In this document: in pieces, positions 57,543 to 64,000 of the stretch
Layout of the letters: each line of letters begins with the position of its first letter
Position numbering within the stretch: the stretch's first letter is position 1
Assembly (NCBI GenBank): GCA_965112735.1
Contig: OZ218950.1
Coordinates: 6,634,001 to 6,698,000 of the forward strand
Length of the DNA: 64,000 nucleotides
Reading direction: 5' to 3'
From: Phaeosaccion multiseriatum
Taxonomy: Eukaryota > Protista > Ochrophyta, other classes
Notes under the pieces: model-generated
What the model saw: only the letters and a program-made list of their open reading frames with translations
The model's database searches: none
What the model was told of the DNA's origin: nothing
Made by a program: the position numbers and the translations under genes

Positions 57543-60024
57543 CCTTGGCCAGCCAGTCCAAGGCCTGCTGATACTGATACATCTTCCCGCACCAGTGAAT
57601 GAGGCTCGTGTAGGTGAGGCGACACGGCACCAAGCCCCACTCCTCCTTCATCTGTATCACCAACTGCTCCGCTCTGTCAAGTGCTCCCTCCTTGCCCAGC
57701 GCATCAATTGCCGCCCTGAATGACTGCACATTCGGCCGTAGCGCAGAAGTAGCCACGGCCCCTCCTCCTCGCCCGACCTCTTCACCCCGCTTCTCCTCCC
57801 CCTCTTCCCCCTTCTCTTCCTTCTCCTTGCCCCTTTCGCACAGCTCCTGGAGCAGCGCGACAGCTCCATCGGCGTCTCCACTCTGACGGTAACTCTCAAT
57901 GACAATATTGTACGTAATCACACAGGGATGAATGACGTCACCCTTACCCTTGCCCCTACCCTTGGCCTTGCCACTTCGCATCTCCTCAAAGAGCTCAAGA
58001 ACCATGCTTTGCTTCCCGACCTTTGCACAAGCGTCTATCAGACTGTTGTAGGTGACATTGTCCCGCTGCGCGACAACACCCACACCACCCATCCCTCGTC
58101 CTCCCTCTCCCTCATCCTGCCCCATGCCCACGCCTGCCCCTCCTCTCTCCCTCTCCCTCTCCCTCTCCTCCTCCCTCACGCCTCTGCCATCACCCATTTC
58201 CCTATACAGTGCCAAGGCTCTGTCCAGCCGCCCCATCTTCCCACATGCGTCAATGGCGGTGTTGTAGGCAATCGTCATGGTACTAGGGCCAATCCCTGCA
58301 GACGACCAACGCCCCGACTCGGCGAGACGCCGCAGCTCTGCCAGCAACTCAAGCGCTCTGTCCACCTCCCCGGCCTTGCCACAGGCGTCAATGGCAGCAC
58401 AGTACATGCGACCATCGGGCACATGACCTCTCCGGCGCACTTCCTCCAGCACCTCCATAGCCACCTCGAAGTGCCCCACCTTACCACACGCGTCCAAGGC
58501 GGCGGTAAAGCACGCCAGGTTGGGTACGATGCCTCTCACCTCCTGCATCTCGCGGAGTAGAGACAGCGCCATTTCGTACTCTCCGCACCGCCCGCACGCG
58601 TGAATGGCAGCGCTGTAGACGATCAAAGTTGGCTGCAGCTGCCAAGTTGCTGGAGCCGCCTGCCCATTCTTGCCTCCCCTCCGCCCCCTTGCTTCCCTTC
58701 CTCCTGCTCCCCCTCTCCCCTCTTGCCCCCCAACTCCCGATCTGGCTCCCCCCTGCCAGTGTGTGCCCAACGCCCCTACTAGAGGGCTTTGGAACTCTTC
58801 AAAGACCTCCATAGCAAGATCGAACTGCCTTCCTTTGCCACACGCGGATATGGCAGCCGTCCAGGCCACCACAGATGGGGGCAAACCGCGCCTCCGCATC
58901 TCATACAACAGATCCAACGCACGCACATAGTCACCGGCCGTGCTGCATGCGTGAATGGCGCCGCCAAAGCAGTACTCGTTGGCCCTAACCAAGCTGTTGG
59001 AATCCATCTCCTCCAGCAGGCGAGTGGCCCCCTGGACGTCGCCAACTCTCGCGCACGCATCAATGGCGGCGGCGTACATCCTCTCGTCGGGCACGATCCC
59101 ATCTTCTTGGCGAGCCTCTGCCAGCAGCTGCAGCGCGAGCTCCTTCCGCCGCGCCTTTGCACACGCGCGTATCGCAAGCGTGTACGTGCCAAGAGTCGGC
59201 CTCACCCCCCTCTCCCTCTGCTGCTGCTGCTGCATGTCCCGAAGCAGACGCACAGCCTCCAGCGAGAATTCTCCACTGCAGCAGGCCTGGATGGCCCCAC
59301 TATAGCAATACACATCGGGCGCCACCCCTCGTTCCTTCATGCCCTTGAACACCGCCAGCACCTCCCGCGGTCGTCCGGCTTTGGCACAAGCGCTAATTGC
59401 AGCGCTGCACATGGAGACGTTGGCATCCGGCTGTCCCACCACCATAGACTGCTGCTCCTGCTGAAGTTGTTGACGTCTGTGGTGAAGCTTCTCCTCTTCC
59501 AAAAAGTCTCGGAGCAGGGCCAGTGCTTCCCTCCAGCGCCCGCACCTCGTGGCCGCAATGATAGCAGCCTCGAATATAGATTGCTTGTCCTGAAAGGCGA
59601 GGCGCTGCTGCTCCCACGTCTGCTTCTGCGGAGGAGGGTTGTTCCTCACTTGTGCTTGCTTGATCTGCTGAAACACACTCTCCACGCCCTTCCACCGTCT
59701 TTCCGCACCGTGCCTCTTCATAGTGCGAATCAGCGACATGTATCCCGCTCGTCCTTCTCCCGGTGCAGCTCCTTTCGTCGCAGGAGCCGAATTTTTAGGG
59801 GGCGCGTCTCGTTCTCGTGTGGCATCCAGGCGAAAGGCTGCTGGCCTGGGCCGCTTCGATCCACCTCTCACGGGTTTGGTGTACCCGGAACTGTCGCTAC
59901 TGCTACTTGTTCTTCCACTGAGAGCCCTTGCCCTCCTGCAAGAAGCCTCCATGGCTTTCCTCATCTCTTTCGCGCCCAATTGATATAATAAGGTGGGGGT
60001 TTGGTTCATACCTTCAAGTGCCAT
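56491..60024 (-). CDS. Pentatricopeptide repeat (P-class PPR) protein, single exon, about 1177 aa
   Basis: More than a dozen 35-aa motifs (e.g. PDVYCYSGAIQAC, YAAAIDACARVGDVQGATRLLEEM, YNSLIDACAKVG) interrupted by low-complexity loops. First ATG at 60024. Confidence 0.93.
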
Positions 60025-60102
60025 CTCCCCCCTCCTCACTTCTCACTGTTCGCTGCTGCTCTTATCCAAGATCAAAGATCTTATCCTAAGGAGGCTCACC
60101 AC

Positions 60103-63097
60103 ATGGAGACATCCGCCCCGATCACTGCAGCGCAAGGCGTGAGGAGGAATTTGCTCGTTCCTTATCTGGATGGACTCCTCTCTGATCAGGTGAATTCCTT
60201 CCCTCCCTCGCCGTATCACGCCTCGTTGTAGTTGTACCGGCTACCTTCTCCCTCCCCACATTGTAGGGGGAGAGCTGTCGTGACGATAAATCGTCAAACT
60301 TACCCACCCACACACCTTACTCTGTCTTCTTTGTGGTGCTTTCTCTCTCGCTCAACAGCCGACCCAATGGACGAACCCCACCCCTGCTGGTGCTCAGTGG
60401 CTCTTCACGCCTCCTCCGTACGTGACGGGGGTGGACATGGAGAAGGAGACGGTGGAGATATTTAACCCCTCTTGGTACCGCACAGCAGACCTCACAGGGT
60501 GGTCGCTGAGGCTGGAGGGAGCTGCAGACGGGGGGGAGCGCTTCGTGTTTGAGGACGGCTACGGATTGCCTCGGAGAGCCTCCGTCACAGGTGAAGGCAG
60601 CAGAGAGGGGAGGAGACAGAAATGCAAGGCAGGGCTGCTGCTACCGCACATGCTTTCCTTCTCCCTTCTTTCTCTTGCAAAGCAAGGCAACGGGGCTGAT
60701 GAGTTCTTGGCGTGTCCTCTCCATCTCTTGAGTTTCTTTGCGTTGCCGGCACATCCCATCCCCATTTCCTTTTCTATTCTCAATTAGGCCTCTCCTCTCT
60801 ACTCGTCACCTTGCCCTCCTCTCCCCTCAGTGCGCTGCTCTGCTGAGGACCTTACGCTTCCCCAAAGGGAAGCGCTCGGCGGCCGCAACGTGAGCCACAA
60901 GGGGAGAGAGGGGGAGAGACAGGGGGGGGAGAAATAGCAGGGCGGGCGGGTCGTCGAATGGTCTCGCTTGCCCGCTTACGCTTGTTGTTGTAGTTGTTGC
61001 ATCTCAAAAGCTGTTCGAACCCTCTGCCTCGCTGGTCTCCTCTCAACCCCTCTCCTGCTGCCACTGGTGATTGCTTCCCTCTCCCGCCCCGGATCCCCCC
61101 CCCTTTTTAGCTCTTTTGGGAGCATAGCGGTAGTCTACAAGCTGCTTGCCAAGCCCTGGAAGAGCAGCAGCAGCAGCAACAACAGGAGGAAGAGGAGGAA
61201 GAGGAAGGGGAGGAGGAGGAAGAGGACGAGGAAGACGGGAGCGATGACGGTGGCAGGCGGGGGAGCCTTCGAAGGAGGAGGGCAGGCAACGACAGATGGA
61301 GGTCTGGAACCCGAGACGGCAAGCGGCAATCACCAAGGCGGCGCTATGCATGGGGCGTGTCTCTGCTGGACGGAGCGGGAAGAGTATCAGCGGGCCTATC
61401 TGCGGCGGTGGGAGGAGGAGGAGGAGGAGGAGAAGGAAGGGCAAACGGCCACGCCAATGGTCGTGGTCATGAGGGGCTGTGCTCTTCGGTGTTGCCCATG
61501 ATGCCCGGGGCGAGGCGGCTGCAGAGAGTGGCGCTGAGGAAGCTCACCCTGTGAGTACTTTAAATCTATGGAGGCAGCTGTAGTAGTAGAAGTAGTAGTA
61601 GTAGTTGTTGTTGTTCGTGGTGGTGGTGGTGTTGTTGTTGTCGTCGTTGTTTTTGTTGTTGTTAGTGCTGGTGTTGTTGTCGTTGTTGTTGTTGTTGGTG
61701 TTGGTGGTGGTGACGGTAACGGTGTCGTTCTGCTCTTGTTTGTTTGTTTGTTCGTTTGTTTGTTTTCCTGTATCTGAGTCGTTGGCTTCTTCAATGAGAA
61801 CGCCGATTTCCACACGGTCAAGCGCATACCCCGAGGCCTTACATGCCCCCCCCCCCTCCCCTCCCCTCCCCTCCCCTCCCCTCTCCATCTCGTAGGTTAC
61901 TGTGCTATATTCGTCTCGCCTGTCTGCTGAGCTCGGCCTTCTGGTGCCTTCGCAACCCTCTCGCCTTCCTCACCCTCACCGTCCTGTCCATAGCACTGGA
62001 CCTTTTGGCCCGTTGGACCGCTAAGCAGATTCTCCTCCCGATGGATGCTTTAGCCCTCGCGCTCTCAACCTTGGGAGATAGGTACGCTGAGTTAAGGGGG
62101 GGGGGGGCACGGAGGGAGGGAGGGAGGCGGCTAGAGTCTCAGTCTTGTTTGCCGATCGTTTCCCGTTTGCTGTCTGTTCTTCCTTTACTCACCCTTCACT
62201 CCTCCTCCTCCTCCTCCTCCCCCCTCCTCCTCCTCCACAGGCTGTCGTCGCTTGTGATGTTAGGCTGTCTGTCCATCCTCTACAGCGACTTCTACAACTC
62301 CTCCTCCTCCTCCTCCTCCTCCTCCTCCTCCTCCTCCTCCTACACGGGTTTCTTTGTGGGTCTGTTGGTGCTCGATGTGAGCTCCTTCTGGCTGCAATTG
62401 GCAGTGTACGCCCTCCTCGCCAACAAGCTCCGGCCGCCCACACGCAGAGAGGTGGAGACGGAGTTCATCGGGTACATGTGTGGTGCGTATCGTAACGTCA
62501 GTATTTATACGTAGCGGCGTTACGTTTCAATTTCACTTGATTGGCCCACCTTATGGATATCGTAGACACAATATCGCAGAGCTCGATGTCGTGGCTGCCT
62601 GATGCCTGGTGGGATCTCGTTCTCTGATTTGTTTCATGTTTGTTGTCCGTCCGCCATGCCCTCCCATGACGTTGTGATAGATAGTGATGTACTTCTACTG
62701 ATGTATGGGTTGTAGCAGTACTTGTTTCGGGAGGAAGGACCGACTGCGATTTGGCTGTGCCACACTAATGTGGGGTGCATTATCTGATAGCGAGCGCCAA
62801 CTTCCCTCCCTCCTTCTCCCTCCATCCTCTCCCTCCCCCCCAGCTCACTACCCCAAGCTGGTAACGGTCGTGTCCGTCTCCGGAGAGGCCTTCCTCCTGG
62901 TCATGTACGCTCTCTCTGCCACTTCCCGAGGGGCGCTCTTCCCAACCCCCCTGGAGCTGCAAGGGTGAGTGAGTCGCAGCCCTCGAATCCAACCCCTAAG
63001 AAGAAGAGCCAAAGGGATGCCCTCGGAGGCAACCCCCAATAAGACCCCCAATCAGAGGAGCCAGGGGGATGCCCTCGATGGTAACCCCCATATATAT

Positions 63098-63140
<43 letters not shown>

Positions 63141-63337
63141 ATATTATATATGACCCCCTTTATGACCCCCAATAAGAGGAGAGGAGAGACAAGGGATAGG
63201 CCTCGAATCAGCCTCGGGGGGGGGAGCTCTGGTCATGTTGCTGTGTGCTGCTCCACCTCTGTTGGCGACCTTGCCTGGCCGACCGACCGACCGACCGACC
63301 ACCTGCTCTGCTGCGCCTCTCTCTCTCCTTCCTCTCC

Positions 63338-63377
<40 letters not shown>

Positions 63378-63915
63378 CTCACTCTTCTCTTTCTTCTCCC
63401 TCCCTTCCTCCCCTCCCTCCGTCCCTCCCTCCCTCCTGTGTTCCCTTCTCGCCGTCGCAGACCATCACTGGGTGTGGATAGGGGAGGAGAAGAAGGAGAA
63501 GGGGCTGGAGATGCGAGCGGTGGGATGGGCCATCAGAGCGCCCCCTTGCCCGTGCTGCTTCACTATCGCTACCTCTTCTTTCTGATGCTGTGCTTCGTTT
63601 TGCGTCAGATGGCAGGCTTTGTGCAGGTGCGATGGAGAAAGGCAAAAAGGCCCAGTGGCTCGGCAGGGGCAGGGAGGGAGGGAGGGAGGGAGACGGAGAG
63701 GGAGGGAGAGAGAGAGAGAGGCATCTTCTGGTCCTTTTCACCCTCCTTTTCATGTCCCTTACCCTTTGCTCTCCGGCTACTGTATCACCAACTGCTACGA
63801 TCATGTGTCCTGCCGTGTGCCAACAAAACAGGTGCTCATCAGCCTGAGCCGCCTGAGCTACGGTGTCATGGCGGAGGAGGCAGCTCGGCAGGTCTTGCAA
63901 GGCAAGCAGCAGTGA
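60103..63915 (+). CDS. Lamin-tail-domain (LTD) fused to a degenerate phosphatidylinositol-synthase-like (CDP-alcohol phosphotransferase fold) membrane domain
   Basis: Exons 60103-60189, 60359-60590, 60831-60889, 61111-61550, 61896-62081, 62241-62471, about 62716-62964 (internal structure uncertain), 63461-63626 and 63832-63915 join in frame. LTD: ETVEIFNPS..ADLTGWSL..FVF..LPRRASVTV..LFW..VSLLDGAG. PIS-like: LLCYIRL, P-LAFL..LD, GDRLSSL..LSILY, LLVLDVSSFWLQL, GEAFLLVMY, FVLRQMAGFVQ. Confidence 0.7.
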
Positions 63916-64000
63916 AGGATGGCAGTGGACGGACGGAGGGAGGGCCAGATGGGGCAAGAGGAGGAGAGAATAAGAGAGAGGAGAGGGGAATAGAAAGGCC

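Overview
GC-rich, intron-rich eukaryotic nuclear DNA that is saturated with microsatellites. It is probably from a stramenopile/ochrophyte alga, inferred from the WW-cyclin-Y fusion, the WRKY19-like C3H zinc-finger repeat genes and the PPR style. I rebuilt about 15 genes by hand from GT-AG junctions. They are: a partial low-complexity gene; a tyrosine-kinase-like pseudokinase-RING fusion; WW + cyclin Y-like; Ric-8; two tandem C-x4-C-x9-C-x2-H zinc-finger repeat genes; SRP receptor alpha; a roughly 4-fold expanded KICSTOR subunit (KICS2/C12orf66); a class-2 DYRK kinase; mitochondrial cytochrome c peroxidase; OGFOD3; MEP50/WDR77; PP2A catalytic subunit; a GT54/MGAT4-like glycosyltransferase; a PPR protein; and a lamin-tail-domain fused to a catalytically degenerate phosphatidylinositol-synthase-like membrane domain. 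Twelve of these genes form six head-to-head pairs. The strongest unexplained signal is a dispersed 11-15 bp DNA motif, (CT)GTATCACCAAC(TG). Its core occurs 13 times exactly, only inside gene bodies, in both orientations, in three different peptide readings and in introns, which points to DNA-level selection. Other notable signals are long foldback hairpins in convergent 3' regions, introns bracketed by complementary or splice-signal-derived repeats, and a CTAG/TAGGCC-dense element between the zinc-finger paralogs. No rRNA, tRNA, CRISPR array or transposase was recognised. All family assignments come from motif recognition by eye, not from database searches.
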